Of a stretch of DNA of 64,000 bases, positions 39,030 to 52,548 are shown piece by piece. The notes under the pieces are model-generated. The model saw only the letters and a program-made list of their open reading frames with translations, was not told the DNA's origin and did not search any database. Source of the DNA: Phyllosticta citribraziliensis (taxonomy: Eukaryota); assembly GCF_038025025.1 (NCBI RefSeq), contig NW_027117353.1, positions 496,001 through 560,000 on the forward strand, in the 5' to 3' direction. The position numbers and the translations under genes were made by a program. Each line of letters begins with the position of its first letter. Position 1 is the stretch's first letter.

Positions 39030-39259
39030 GACTAGGAGAATTGGCGCACGCGTGGCGCGAGGGAAGACGGTGGGCGTCGGGAAGGACCCGTCGATGATGC
39101 ACCGCAAACAGTGTAGCGTGTCAAAATGTCATGATAGCGTTTGAACTTGACAACCTTTTACCTCTATCTCTGCGTGTTTGAAATTGTATCCCGTTTTAGA
39201 GCCCGCCCCTGAAAAACATGCTCATGACTACTACCCCTTGCCTGGTATCACATTTCCCT

Positions 39260-40519
39260 CTAGACCTCAAACTTGGGCGTATACTTTGCCTGCGCGGCCG
39301 CAAACGCATCCTTCTTCGCGGCCACGTCCGTCAAGAACGGGTGCTTGGGGGCGACCTTGGCCAGCTCGGCCTTGACGTCGTGCGCATCCTTGCCGAGGAC
39401 GGTGTAGAGGACGACGGTGTTGGCGAGGGCGTCGGGGTTGGCGGGCTCGAGGCTCAGGGCCTGCTGGAGGGCGGCCTCGGCCTCGGGCAGGCGACCCAGG
39501 TGCAGCTCAGACACGGCCTGGCCGACGAGCGACTGGGCGGCCTGCGAGGCCGGCGCCTGGGCCAGTTCCTCGTAGACGTAGAAGGCTTGCTGGTATTTTT
39601 CGCCGCCCTAGAGATTGCGAGGTTGGTTCGTTAGCGCGTTCCGGATGGAGGATGATGGGGGTGTCTATTTTTGCTGCACTGTTGCGACTCCTGCCGCCGT
39701 CGTTCGGCTCCCCGACGTCTGATGGGACAGGGTTGTAGGGTGGTGCTTGGTGGCTGGCAGGGCAGGGCAGGGCAGGTCGACTAAGGTCGACGGGGATGTG
39801 GTGTTGGCTGTTTGACCTACCTCCCGCAATCCCACCCACGACTCGGCAATGTTGACCAGCAGGCTGTCTTGGGCCCACTTGCGTGCCTGCTGCGTCTCCT
39901 TGACTGCCAGGTCCAATCTGTTCTGCTGCAGGTGTATCTGCACAATCAAAGCAACCCTGTAGCCGTCCGAATCAGCTCACACTGCTCGACGACGCTCCTG
40001 CTCCAATCTCGTCTGGAGTTGCAGCAGTCCGAGAGACTTACGCGTCCAAACTTCCCTGATGTCTCGCAAGCAGCGCGAGCGCCTCCTCGGTCAGCCCGGC
40101 GTTCGCCAGCACGCTCCCAGCCAGCAATTGCACGCTCAGATTGTCGCCCGCCTCCCCGGCCAGCTTTTGCGCGGCTGCTACCGCCGCCTGCCCGTTCCTT
40201 TCTGCGTCCTGCAGGTACAGCGCCAGCGCCTTGGCGGCCTGCAGGTCCGGCACGCGCGGCTCGGCGTTGGCTTCTTGGATGACGGCGTCATACTGGCCTA
40301 GGGCGAGGCGCGCGCGGAGCTTGAGGATTCGTGCGGGCAGGGCGTTGGAGGACGAGAGGCTGCTCGTGTCGAAGTCGACGACGGCGCCGAATTGGCCTTG
40401 GTGGAAGGCGCTGTGGATGTTGACGAGCTCTACACGGGCGCGGCGTCAGTCGGTCTGCTGCCGCGGTCGAGGAGGGGAGGTTTCAGTGCCGTACCTCCTT
40501 CCGCGGAGTAGGGATCCAT
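39260..40519 (-). CDS. SEC28: Coatomer (COPI) epsilon subunit
   Basis: Exons 40519-40495, 40429-40042, 39956-39821 and 39607-39260. MDPYSAEGELVNIHSAFHQGQ, ALIVQIHLQQNRLDLA, WAQDSLLVNIAESWVGLREGGEKYQQAFYVYEELA. Confidence 0.9.
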
Positions 40520-42179
40520 GGTGACAGAGTCTTGCGGTGTTCTGGGGTGCGTATTCGGATGGGAGGGGAAGCTACGCGTGGGCCGAGATCAATGCTGCAA
40601 AGCGAGCTTAAGGTTCGTGGGTCGCGAGTGTGTCGTGGGCGAAGTTGTGGGGTTGAAGGTGGTTGCTGGCCGGAGGTGCTCCGGAGTTTGGAACACCTTG
40701 CACTGACCGCTGCCGTTCCGCAACACCACCGCTCTCCTCCACCCAAGCCGACAGAGTTGATCCCCTTTGCGTGACATCGCCATGCTCGACTCGACTTTCC
40801 ACCATCAATGAGTCACCCGTTGACTGAGCCAGACTTCGACTAGTTGCGCGTCGCAAAGTTTCGTCTTCAACTTACTCAGTCCACTCCCTTCACGCATGAT
40901 TCCAAGACGGCCTTCATCAATTTTGCTCGCATCGTCCTCTCATTCCGGCACACCAGACCCCCAAGTCATGCAATTCAACCCTTCCCGTCTTCTCGTCACT
41001 TCGTCGCGCTTTCGTTTCTTTGCCGTCCCATTGTTCAACCTAAAATCCTTTTCCCCTGTCCGACTCGCATGTGTTTTACTAGTGCGTCGCAAAGTCTACT
41101 TCAACCTTCATCCCGAACAACCTTTCCACGTGCGCGAACCCGCCCGTTGACGGCTGGCCCTGTGCGACATCGGTCTTCGCGTTACAGGCGTATCTGCTCC
41201 ATGACACTATCGCCGAGCGCGGTCTTGGTAGGCGTCTGCGAGGGCCGAGATTCGGTACGCAGTCGCATTTGTGGCCTGGGGCTCTAGAGTGCGTCTCATT
41301 CATGTCTTTTCAGCAGTTCCGGCTTCTTCGTGTCGAGTCCTCTTTCATTGTCCGCATTCCAGAAGTGGCACCGAACACTCCCAATGCGGCTGTTCTCTTT
41401 CTGAGTCACGTCAATTTTGCGCAGAGCCTCAGAAGTCTAAGTGGTTCGATCACAATTGAGACAAGATGCCTTTTCCACAAGGCGGATATTAGAGTAACTC
41501 TACGTGCAAGTATAGAATCATGCAGTCTTATAGGAACAAGCAAAGACTCTATTGTTTCAAATCTCTAAGAATTTGAAGACAACCTTCCTGATTGAACTAG
41601 GTTCTGTCGGTACGAACAGGTTTTGTCATCACTTGAAGGTAGGCGACGTAGGAAGGCAGTTTGCCCCTGATTTGGCAGACACGTAGTCATTCGCTTTCCT
41701 TCGATGAGCCTCTCACAACCACGCGCCTTGAGCTGCATCTTTCCGATTATTTTGCCTAGGTGGAGCTTTTGGACGGGGCGTTTTACTGAAGGGCAGCAAC
41801 GCGTCGTGTGAAGACGATGACGGACAACGGCGTGCGTGGGCAGTGAGGAGGAGTGGAGCATTGCGGAGGGCTCGCGGTTTGGTGCTGTGTTCTGATGGAC
41901 GAGCGTAGGGTGAGGAGTGTTGCAGTACTTTATGTGTGACCTGGGCGCGTTGGACCGCTACAAGGTTGGAGTCGTAGCGTGGCAAGAAGGAGTATTACAG
42001 GCCCTCAAGGTGAGTGGAAGATGAGAAGCACGTTAACTGCTCCAGACTCTGTCACCTTTTCTACATGATCGACAATTCTCCGTGTAGCTGTCTCGCAGCT
42101 GCAGCGAAATATGATGGATGCTCATCGCTATCATTACATAAATGCCAGTATGCAATAAATACAAGGTACAACAAATGCA

Positions 42180-43163
42180 TTACTTTCTGGCCTCGGCAAA
42201 CCTCGCCGCAAACCACTCCATGGCCTGCAGCTCAGCGCGAATGCCAGCTTCGCCCTCCTTCGGATCCTCTGGATTCCCGCGCACCGCCCAGCCATGATGG
42301 CACCCGGGATACCACACAACCTCGTGCTTGTGGCCCGCATCGAGCTGCATCTTGCGCTCCAGAATCTCGCGCGTGCGGTCCACATCTTCCTTGGGATACC
42401 GCGTGTCGATCGCGGCAGCCGCAACGCTCGTCGGCTTCTGGATGGCCTCGATGTCGTCCGGGATCTTCATGAGCGACGGATGCGCCGCAAACGCTGCGTC
42501 GACCAGCGGAACTTTTGCGCCGTTGACTTCGACCCGGTCTTCAGCTCGGTCGTGCGCCAGCTTGAAGGACCAGAAGCCGCCCCAGCAGAAACCTGCTACG
42601 CCGAACGCCAGGTTTACGTGCTCCTGGCGTAGCGCGCCGATGAAGGGGTAGAGTCGCGCGCGCACGGCGTCTTCGGTGTTGGCGTAAGAAAAGGGCACCC
42701 AGTAGGCGGCAACACGGGCCATGTGGTAGGCGCGCGAGATGGCGGCCGTCAGACCAGTGGCCTCGAGGGCATGGATCGAGCTGAGGAGGTCGATCGGAAA
42801 GGATTTGCCTGGAGGGACCAACAGTCAGCCTGACGTGTTCGCGCAAGTATTTTTATTTTCGCGGAGAGATTTGAGTTGGCGGACGATGACGCCGCCGCCG
42901 CCGCCGCCAACGGGACGAGACGAACCGGCTTGGGCTTCGGGCAGATAGACTTTGAAGGGTCCCTTTTCGGCGTACGAGTCGGCCAGGATGCGCGAGTTGG
43001 GCGATTCCCAACCAAAGACGTCGGGCAGCACGATGATGACGCCCTTGGGCGCGGTGCCTGCTGGAGGCTCGGCGATGTAGCAGTCGAGACCGTGGACCTT
43101 TTCGACGCGTCCAGCGGGCGTGCCCGTGTGGATTTCGCCGGCGGCGCAACACTGCGAGATCAT
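42180..43163 (-). CDS. Dienelactone hydrolase family alpha/beta hydrolase
   Basis: Exons 43163-42926 and 42808-42180. PDVFGW, nucleophile GFCWGG, AHPS, catalytic His in HGWAVRG. Confidence 0.88.
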
Positions 43164-43650
43164 TGTGGACAATGGGATCAACCAGGTAGTGAAGAGCAAA
43201 TTAGAATAGAAGAAAAGGCCACGTCCAAAGGGCAAGTTGCTGTCGAAATAGTCCAGTCCAAACGCCGGAAGTATCGTAGCTAAGGGGAGTTAGGCCAGGG
43301 ACCAGACGGAGTTAGCTGAAGTCGGCACAAAAAAAACCGTGACCAGCCAAGGGCCGAGAGTAGGTGGAAGTCATGGCGCCGGCAGATGGAACAGAGGGCC
43401 TTTGTCGCGCCGTACGTCTGGGCTGGTGGCTGGATCGAATGCAGTGCAGCAGACGGGACCGAGGAACGGAGAGCGCCGTGAAGGAGTGCAGTGCAGGTGG
43501 GAGGATTGAGCACAAGCGAGCGAGCCTTGCGGCTGATCTCCGCTGCCCGTCCCTGCATGGCGTCAGTCGCACCAGACTCAACACCATTTTTCTGCCCACG
43601 ACTCACTCTATCTTCTCGACATCCACCACGCTTACCCTCGTCCCCTCACA

Positions 43651-44382
43651 ATGGTATCTTTGGCCATGCCGACACCTGATTTTCCCCTTGGCTGACGGCT
43701 GTCCGCAACAAAGGTCCATGCCGAGTCCTCGACCTTTGCGCGCGGCATCACCAAGGCGCAGGCCTATGCCCAAGTGCTTGAGCAAGCTGCTGCGCTGATA
43801 GACGGCCAGAGGAACTGGGTACGTGCGACTTGAAATTATAAGAAAACAAAAGTCAGGCCAGTCGCGCTCATATCGACCCAAGGTTTGGTACGTCGACAGC
43901 ACCGCAAATCAACCAACCACCAACACGACCTGAATCGAACTAACGACGCGCGCACACTCAGCAATCTCTCCAATCTAGCCTCACTCCTCTACCATGCCTA
44001 CCGCTCGCTCCCCGCACCCTCAAGCGCCGTCAACTGGTGCGGCTTCTACGTGCTCGACCCGTCAGCCGCCGCGCGCGACCAGCTCGTCCTCGGTCCCTTC
44101 CAGGGCCACGTCGCGTGCCAGACGATCAAGTTTGGCCGCGGCGTGTGCGGCACTGCTGCCGCAACCAAGACGACCCAGCTCGTCCCCGACGTTGAAGAGT
44201 TCCCCGGCCACATTGCGTGCGATGGCGCAAGCAAGAGCGAAATTGTCGTGCCCATTGTTCAGCACGACCAATGCGTCGCCATAATCGATGTGGATTGCGC
44301 TGAGCTGGGCGGATTCGACCAGGAGGACCAAAAGTACTTGGAGCAGGTTGCCAAGTTGATCGCTAAGGGATGCGACTTTTAG
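43651..44382 (+). CDS. GAF-domain free methionine-R-sulfoxide reductase (fRMsr/MsrC, YKL069W-like)
   Basis: Exons 43651-43653 (ATG only), 43714-43818, 43883-43887 (5 nt) and 43962-44382. The spliced product gives NWVCNLSN, NWCGFY, LGPFQGHVACQ, GRGVCG and HIACDGASKSEIVVP. Confidence 0.88.
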
Positions 44383-47300
44383 AAGAGGCAAGACGGGGTG
44401 TGGTCATAATCATTGACCAAGTGGAGTCTATCCGGTAGGTAGCAATGATCACTACGGAAGTACAGATGAACATTTTCGATTGTACCAAAGAGTCGACGAG
44501 AAATACTTTCAATTTTTCGTATGCCTACGGGTCCCGTCTCCATCCCCTCCAGCAGTCCGTTTCCAGCGAGCCCAAACAGCACGCGACCAATTGACAGGCC
44601 CAGAGCCATTTGAACCTTGAAAATCCCCAGGAAATCAACGCCAAACCGAAACCTGAATTTGAACCCAGAATCGACTGCCCACTCACGCCGAACCATACAT
44701 GTGATTCCGACCCAGCAGCGAGGTCCCCAAGCGTGTCGGAAAGCACCCCGAACGGGCCCGAACGCGAACGCGAAAAAAAGCTTACTCATCAAAATTAGGA
44801 CCCGAAGCACCGAACAAACGGGGAAGCGGAAGCCCGTCGACGCACCGCCAACAACACAACTTCAAACGTCTACGCGGAAATAGGATGGGGAAGTCATAGC
44901 CCGCAGAGCGCTAGCATTCTGCTGATTCTGGTCCGATTGTGCAGCTGGAAGGCGAGACGCGCCTCGTTTCGTTGTTTGATTGCTGTTTTGGTGACGGAGA
45001 CGGAAGAGGCGGGTTTGTGGCGCCGAAGACTCGGACATGCGATTGTGGGCGTTGGAAACGTCGCTCTTGTTGATACCGAGGTATGTTGCTCCTGTCTATG
45101 AGGCTTGAACATCTAGGAGCTTGCGAGGGATTCACCAGTGCTGTTGATTTTTCTTTACTACGGACTGGATAGTGCATGAGCATTATTCAATCCCGTCAAG
45201 TTGTTTCCTGATCTCGCTTTTGGTCAAAATGCTTCACAACACCCTTGAGTTTTCGACACTTTCCATTCTTTCCACTGTTTGAGTCTGCGCGTCTCTTCTT
45301 ACATCCACTCCGCCCTTCCCGACCAAACGAGAGAAATCATTGCCCGGCAAGCGTACCGTGTCGCTCAACCAACAAATCTTCCACTCAACTTCGCTTGTAG
45401 CCAGTCTCGCAAGTTCCGCAGTATTTACTCTTTGCAGGCACACTGGCGTTAGTGGCCCAGGCCCTGTCCTTCGCTTCCGTCCTTTCCTTCCCACATCACC
45501 CCAAACAGTTTCTTTTCAGGCGACTTCCCTTGCGTCTCCAGAGCTGCCATTCATCTAAGCCTCCCCGTTTGAACGGCAGCCGAGCGATGTAGCAATGGTA
45601 GTGTCTGCACACGCACCGCAGGGCTCCACCAAAACGCCTCCGTTGGCTAGAAGGACTCTTTACCGCGTCGTCTGCTCCATCAGGACCCTAGTCCACGGGG
45701 CTCGCCCAAAGTTAACACTATCGATTCTGTACGCTTTGGATCCACGTCGATGGTTGAAGGCTTGGTAGTGGGCTTTGCGGGCTCAGAGACGCATGCGCCA
45801 CAGGACGCAGAGACTGATGTCGCGAGAGAGAATACGAAAGATGAGGATGGTGGTGGCGGTGTTGCTGTGGATGATGAGGAAGCCTCGTTTGCAGATTCGC
45901 TGTGGCCTACTTGTGCGCTAGCTTGCGGAGACCGGTTCAACCTTGCGTTTGCAACCCACGACGTGCCGTGGACTCAAGTAGCATTGAAGAGGTTTGCAAT
46001 TCGCGCGTTGGATCTGAGTGGTCAGACGATCCAACCCGCTGTACATGCGGTACACGACTACCGCCACCGACCGTCGAATGGCGACTACTTGGCAACGAAC
46101 GAACCGCCATCCACGAAGTCTACAAAATCACCAAACATACCATCTGAAACAACCACCATGACGATCATCACCCAACTAGCCAGCCAGTCAGCGGCTGACT
46201 AGCACCAACCGCACACACTCTTGGGCCTAGACCCTTCTCAGCACACCACGTGGCCGCAGTGTCCATGGACGCCTGGCGCCGGCGGCGGTAATCGACAGCC
46301 GCGGTGCTGTTGCTCGTTCGTATCATGGCGCATCACGGACGCGGTGGCTGACTCGGGGACGGGGCAGGGGGGCGGCGTGGCGTGGCGTGGCGTGGTGTGG
46401 GAGACATTGGAGCAGACAGGCAGGCAAGCAGGCGAATAGAAAAGTTAGGGAGTTCTGGCTACGTGTAGTAAAGCTACTGAGGTATAGATATATGCGTAGC
46501 TGTCTGTCTGTCCGTTGGTGTTTGTAGTGCATGCCGGTCAACCAACTCCCCAATTATTACAACAACTGACCCAAAAACAGCACAATTAACTCCCTCTCCC
46601 TCTCTCCCTCGCCTATCAATCTATCAATCCATCTCTAAATGTCCACGTCCACGAGTCATACCGCAGCATCGCCGCAGCGCTCCTCTCCGTCAGTGTCGAT
46701 CAGCGCTCGTGCTGGCGCGACTTTCACAGCTCGCTCACCAGTTAGATATCGGCGAGCGAGTCAGCTGCTTGTATTTCTGTGGGCGTGGGCTTGTTCGTCG
46801 GTGATGCGATGCGATGCGACGCCGGGAGCAGCGAGGGGGAGGGGGAAGCGGGATTTATGCCGCGCGCTGATTTTTTGGGGGCGTGAGGGAGGTTGTTTTG
46901 GGGGTGTTGTCTGCCGTGCGGCGGATGCGGCCGATGGGTTTGGGGTCTGGGTGGGGGAAGGAGGGAGGGAGGGAGGGGTAAGAAGATGGATGGTGATTGT
47001 GCCATGTGCGTTGGGAGAGTTTTGGTGAGAGGTGCGGATGCAGGAGGAGTGTTGGACGGTAAATAATTGGATGATGATGGCAATGGTAGTGGTGGAGGAC
47101 TGTCTGTCCGCCACACCTTGAAGTATCTTCTTCTTCTTCTCCTTCTTGCGCTTCTTCTGCGTCTTCTGCTGGATATTCATCTTCGTTATGACTCTTCCCT
47201 CCCTCTGCATCATCAATTTTCCCCATCCCCAGCTGGCCGCCGCGACTCCACAGCCAACTACAATATCTACACTGTACACCGGTATATTAGAGAGACGACA

Positions 47301-47788
47301 CCAAACACCACCCCGTGCGTCTCTGTCGAGCCCAAACAGCAACAACCAAAACAAATAACAAAACGCCGTGAGGCGCCAGACCAGATGATGATGATGATGC
47401 GAATATGCATATGCAGCAGCCAACCCATCCACTCCCAAACAATCGAACTGAATTCGTCAGGTATGCCGCTCTCGCAAAACTCGAAAGAAAAACAAGGGAA
47501 AATCCAATGGTGGGGGCCGCCCACAAGCGTCGTCGTACGTGCGCAAATCAATCGCCCAGAGGACGAGTTGAATTGATGATGCTGGTGTTGATGATGCTGA
47601 AAATGCTGCTGCGACCGCCGCCCACTTGTTGCTCGCATTACGTGCCGTCGTTTTCATCGTCATTGATGGTGGTAGGAGGAGGAGGAATTGGTGGTAGGAC
47701 GAGGAATGGTAGAAATGGCACAGTCGTCGTCCGCGTCAGGAGTAGCCGCAGTCTCCGCCGCAACGACGCGACTGCGGCCCTGTAGTTG

Positions 47789-49321
47789 CTACACCAAGCT
47801 CTCGTCCGACGAGCTGGTCTGCAACCGCGATGACTTTCTGCCATGCTTCCTGCCGCTATGGTATTGGGACGTCCCCAGCGCCCCACCGCCTCCGCCGTGC
47901 TGCTGTGTCTCCTCGTCCGACCGGTTCAGGCTCATGCTCGGCCGCAGTGGGAAGTCGTGCGGGTTGCCGCTCTCGAGGTCCATCTCGGCTTCGGCGACGC
48001 GCGTGATTTGTACGCTCTTGCTGACGTGGATATCGCCGCCCGTGATGACGACGTGATCGTCGGACCCCTTGTCCGACTCGTCGCTGCCATTGCTGCGCCA
48101 GCCGCCGCTCTTCTTGGTCGCGCCAGGTCCCGTCACGATGGTTGCTGTGGCGGCGTAGTCGGGGCGTAGGTTGTTGAGCGTGTGCCCGTCGTCCTGGGAG
48201 CGGAGGTAGCCGGTGCGGTTCTTCGATGACCCGAGTGCGTTGCCTGTGCTCCAGTTGGAGCCGCCCCCAGTGGTACGCTCGGGGGTCGAGAGACCGGTCC
48301 GGTGCAATACGTGCTGGAGGAGAGGTCGGAGTGTTGCTATGCACGCGGCCGTCATGCCAATTCCCGGTTCAATCGTACTCCAAATGGCGATGTCGGTTGA
48401 TTCGTCTGCTTTCCATTAGCATTTGTCTCGTCGCATGGGACCATCAACGTACACAGGAAGTCTTTCTTTGCTGCAAAGCCCTTGATATAAGGCATGCGTA
48501 CTAGGGTCGCAGTACTGCCAATGGCTGCAAAAGCCAAAATGCAGACCACGACAATCTTCGTCCTCATGTTCATCTGGAGATCCCAAACGACGAACCCCGG
48601 TAGGACGCCTGAGCAGTGTTAGCTAGCGAACATTTTCCTAAATCATGTCCGTACCGAATATCCAATCGGAAATAGATCCCAGCGCAGCGGCGGCGTAGGC
48701 GATGCCGACAATGGCCTTGGGATCCATGCAATTCTCATTGTTTGGCTTGATGGTCCAAAACGTATCAATGGGATTGCACTGGAAGATGAAGACGAAAAAG
48801 TAGGCAAAGCTGAGGACAAGGACGGCGGCATTCATGATGTAGATGAGAATGACATGATTTCTTTTGACCGCAATGCGCAGAAGGAACAGGCCCTGTCAAT
48901 CACGGTATAAGACTTTTGCCTCGAGACATGAGGCACGAGGGCGCGGGCGGGCGTGCTTACAACTGCGACCTTGAGCATCGCGACAGCGAGGGTATAAAAG
49001 AGTTCGCAATACCACCAGTAGCTGCTTGTCTGTCAGCGGGTGTGGGATGAGACGGGATTAGGAATGGACCCACCGCAAGGCCTTCATAATGGCTGGCTTG
49101 TCGAGCTCACTGTCGTGTCTGCCAGTGCCGTAGACGACTCCGCCATCCTGGCATATCAGGTAGCCAGTGTACAGGAGCAAAGCCGACATCATGGCCCAGT
49201 CGTCGACGCCCCATGACTTGATCAGATAAGCTCGCGTGTAGACTCGCAGAATCATGGCGATCCATGTCATGGCGAAGAAGACTATGTTGATGGCCAGCAC
49301 CTGCTGGCTGCGGTCCGTCAT
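47789..49321 (-). CDS. Pth11-like integral membrane protein (fungal rhodopsin-domain 7-TM receptor, no CFEM domain seen)
   Basis: Exons 49321-49074, 49021-48961, 48892-48655, 48608-48453 and 48405-47789. Motifs LRVYTR..WGVDDW, FQCNPI..FW, LP..VWDLQM, IWSTIEPGIGMTAACIATLRPL. Confidence 0.85.
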
Positions 49322-51038
49322 GGCCTTTGTCGACGGGCGCGGCGGCGGGATGGAGAGGAGGGGTATTCAGAGCTCGTCGACATCCGTCGACATGCCAAGG
49401 CTAGCGGAGGCTGCAGTGTAAATATCTTTGCGCGATGTTCATCGGTCGCGGTGGCTCAGGAGGTAAAATTGGGCTGGGAAGACTGCAAGACCAACAAGAC
49501 TTAAAGAAAGGAGTGGAGACCAGGCTCCGCGCCGCCGCTAGTGTGAAACGCAGGAATATCCAGTCGCTTATCCCAAGAGTCCCGCCCGGCAGAACGTTGC
49601 AAATTGCCTAGTTCGAGATCTTTTTGGTGGGAGCTTCGGTGACCCTGCGCAAGCGGCCTGGGCATCCGCAGATTGTAACTGGCCGTTTGGCGGACTCTTG
49701 CCAAGATCAGGCCCAAAAAAGGGGAGCTTGCCGGGGAATCGGGCGTACTGCGGTCGTCGGAAAGATGTTGACTGTGCTGCCCAGCGCAGGCGTACGTCAA
49801 CGGTTTGATTTCTTCTCGTCGTGGCGGTTGCGGGAAGACGAGACCTGGCACTGTGACTGTGCTCGCTAGAGGCTAAATCTGATACAGACATATGGACGTT
49901 GAAGACTCCGGACGAGAGCTCGCCACCCTATTTCCTGATCGTCGGTGCACGGATAGCTCCACGTGTACTTCAAAGGGTTAAGGACAGGGGAGAGGGCACG
50001 TTTTTGGATCTTTATGCAGGTTCCGAGTGACGTTTCCGTGCATTTGGTTCCTGCATATTGGAAAGCTCCGTTAGCAGGCGCTTCTAGAAAAAGTGTCGGA
50101 GCAACGGCGAGGGCAACGTGATGCTCACCAGATCTGCGGACTTGCCGGCTTAGTCAAACACCCTGGTCCTTGTCGAGCTTCCACGGGCCGGGGAAGTTGT
50201 TCCTGTTTTCAAAACCTTAAAAAGCATGCACATCGTCTTGGATCAGTGTGATCATAACCACAAGAGGAGGCTGGATAATCTTTTGGAGCAAGATACGGCC
50301 CGTTTACAGCCGCAAAGAGCTTCGGCCAGGATTTGACGAGTCAGTCTGCGGTCGGGAGACGCACGGAATGCTTTCCACACAAGTAGTTCCCGAGCGAGGG
50401 CCCGTGAACGCTCGGCAACGCGAACTGAGAAACTGGGATCTTCGCTGTTGGATGATTATGGAGGGCCGGCCCGAATCGAGGAGCCTCATTGTGGCAACGG
50501 ACGGGCGGAACTGCTGCAAGAACACTGAAGAGACTGCGATGCCGCACGCCGACCATACCGAAAGGTTTTAAAGGGGCGACAAGAGTCCATAGGCTTGGTT
50601 GCGATGTCTGTTCTCAAAGAGGCCGGCTCATGCCAAGTTTGCCATGCCGGAGATGATTAGCAACCGTATTAATGCTCGTCAGATATGGGCTCTGTAAGAC
50701 ACGCGCGTTCAAGTTGCCGTACAATTCCGTGGTTAGACATTCTCTAATTTGACGAGCTGACAATGTTCTTGGCTCCCAATGGCCCCCAATCTACAGCGTT
50801 AGACCATAGCGTAAGTTATGGCTGGATTCGGCCCATGCAGAAATAATTCCAAGTATTGGTATATCGAAAGCCAGACTATTGCAGCAGATCGTCAACGGCA
50901 ACGCTTATACCCGGCCGAACTCATCAGGCTGGTGCGGAGATGGATCGTTGAGGTTCACCAATGAAAGCTCGGAGGCTAACGACAAGCAGAGATGGTGCTT
51001 TCGGATGTGGTCCATCGCACTTTTGAGGGCCAAAACGA

Positions 51039-51627
51039 TCAAGCGTCCGATATGATCTGCGTAGCCCCGTGGTGACAAGGACCCTGATGAAGCACTGCGT
51101 ATGGCGGTGGCTTGCCTCCCTCGACCGGAAGCGCCAATGCGATTGTTGCTTGGTCAGAAGGGTACGTGGTTGCGTGGCCCGTGCCGGTTGTGTCGTACGC
51201 GAAAATAAGGCCATTCACTCCGCCGAGAATCCATGCTTCGTCATCACCATGCGGCAGCGACAGATGCGCCAATCCCGAGGCGAAGAAGACGAATCTGCAA
51301 TTGTGAGACAATGCCACCTTTAGATTGAGGGGTGGTTGAAGGAGCGGCGTACTGCGGTGCTGGCGCATTGTGGATGCCGCCATCGAAGCGCGCCGGTATC
51401 ACGGTGTATTGGTTGGTTGTGGATAGATTGAATGCATAGAGCATGGAACCGGAGATGCCCGGGGTAGATGGTGTGGTCAAAGGCGTGGTGAATTTCCAGC
51501 ATTCCAACGCGGAATTGTTCTGGGCGTTTGTGACGAGACTGGTCACTGTCAGGTAGCTGTTGTTCTGAGCAGCCACAATGCTAGAGATGGCCGAGACAAG
51601 GACAGCGAGGGAGTAGGAGAGCAACAT
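51039..51627 (-). CDS. Small secreted fungal protein (signal peptide; cupin-like by inference)
   Basis: Exons 51627-51353 and 51294-51039. Hydrophobic N-terminus, SALECW, DGGIHNAPAPQFVFFASGLAH, DTTGTGH. Confidence 0.7.
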
Positions 51628-52158
51628 GTTGGAATCAAGATTCTGGAAGTTTGTCCGAGATGATTGCAGTGGAGGTGGGTGTGAGACGAAGATGGGAGCA
51701 CAAGTACTTATGGCGGTCGCTGCTGTGCCGCATCGTGGGACGAGTTTTCTAGCTGCATTGTAGCGTCAATATGCTGGTTGGGGCCAAAAGAAACCAGGCA
51801 CCAAAGCACGTGAAGTGATGGTCAGAGGGGTTCGGTTGTGGTTGGTCGGTGAGGTCGTCGAGGAGAGGGGAGAAGACGCGGGAGGGTGATTATCAACCCG
51901 ACGCATCCGACGTCGGCGCGCTACGTCATTGCAGAGTTCCAGGCGCGTACTCTGTATAATGCCATTTCGACGCTCCCATCGCCTCACAGGACATCCAAAT
52001 ATATCCCAATCGCAATTATAAAGGCACCAGCATCTTCCGGCACCCCGCTATCTCACTTTGCACCAATCTGACAGCCAAAAACTACACAAGCTCGGCACAA
52101 GCAAACCAAAGACGACATTTCCGACGCGACAACCACACAATCCACCACCACCACCACC

Positions 52159-52548
52159 ATGGCTCTCGCCGGCTCCGTCCAATCGCGCCACCTGCCCATC
52201 ACGCAAATCCCTCTCTCAAGCATCCTGCGACCCATCCCGCCCGTCATCGACAGCGCCAAAGTCGACTCGATGCAGCAGACGCTGCGCGGCGAAACCTGCA
52301 CCTACGTGCCCGAGCCCGCCCCCGAGAAGATCGAGCCGGGCAAGCTGCCGCCCATCGACGTCCTGCACTACCACTCCAAGGCACAAGACAAGGACTACTA
52401 CTTTGCCTTTGGCGGCTGCCATCGCCTGCAGGCGTACGACAAGGGCGGCGTCGACATGGTCGATGTGCGCGTCCTCAAGGTTACAAAGCCCATGTTGAAG
52501 GTGTATTTGGGTGGCAGTGTGGATAGGATTGTTGGAGAGGAGAACTGA
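52159..52548 (+). CDS. SRX1: Sulfiredoxin
   Basis: IxRPIPPVID..KV, LPPIDV and catalytic FAFGGCHR. Confidence 0.92.
   Translation: MALAGSVQSRHLPITQIPLSSILRPIPPVIDSAKVDSMQQTLRGETCTYVPEPAPEKIEPGKLPPIDVLHYHSKAQDKDYYFAFGGCHRLQAYDKGGVDMVDVRVLKVTKPMLKVYLGGSVDRIVGEEN

Noticed and set aside
25438..43163. Aromatic-catabolism cluster (phacB plus dienelactone hydrolase)
   Set aside because: The genes are 15 kb apart with unrelated genes between them, and no homogentisate dioxygenase, FAH or MAAI gene is present.
44400..47700. Possible small genes (45750-46202, 45234-45494, 46855-47226)
   Set aside because: No recognisable motifs or coherent splice model; cannot be supported from sequence alone.
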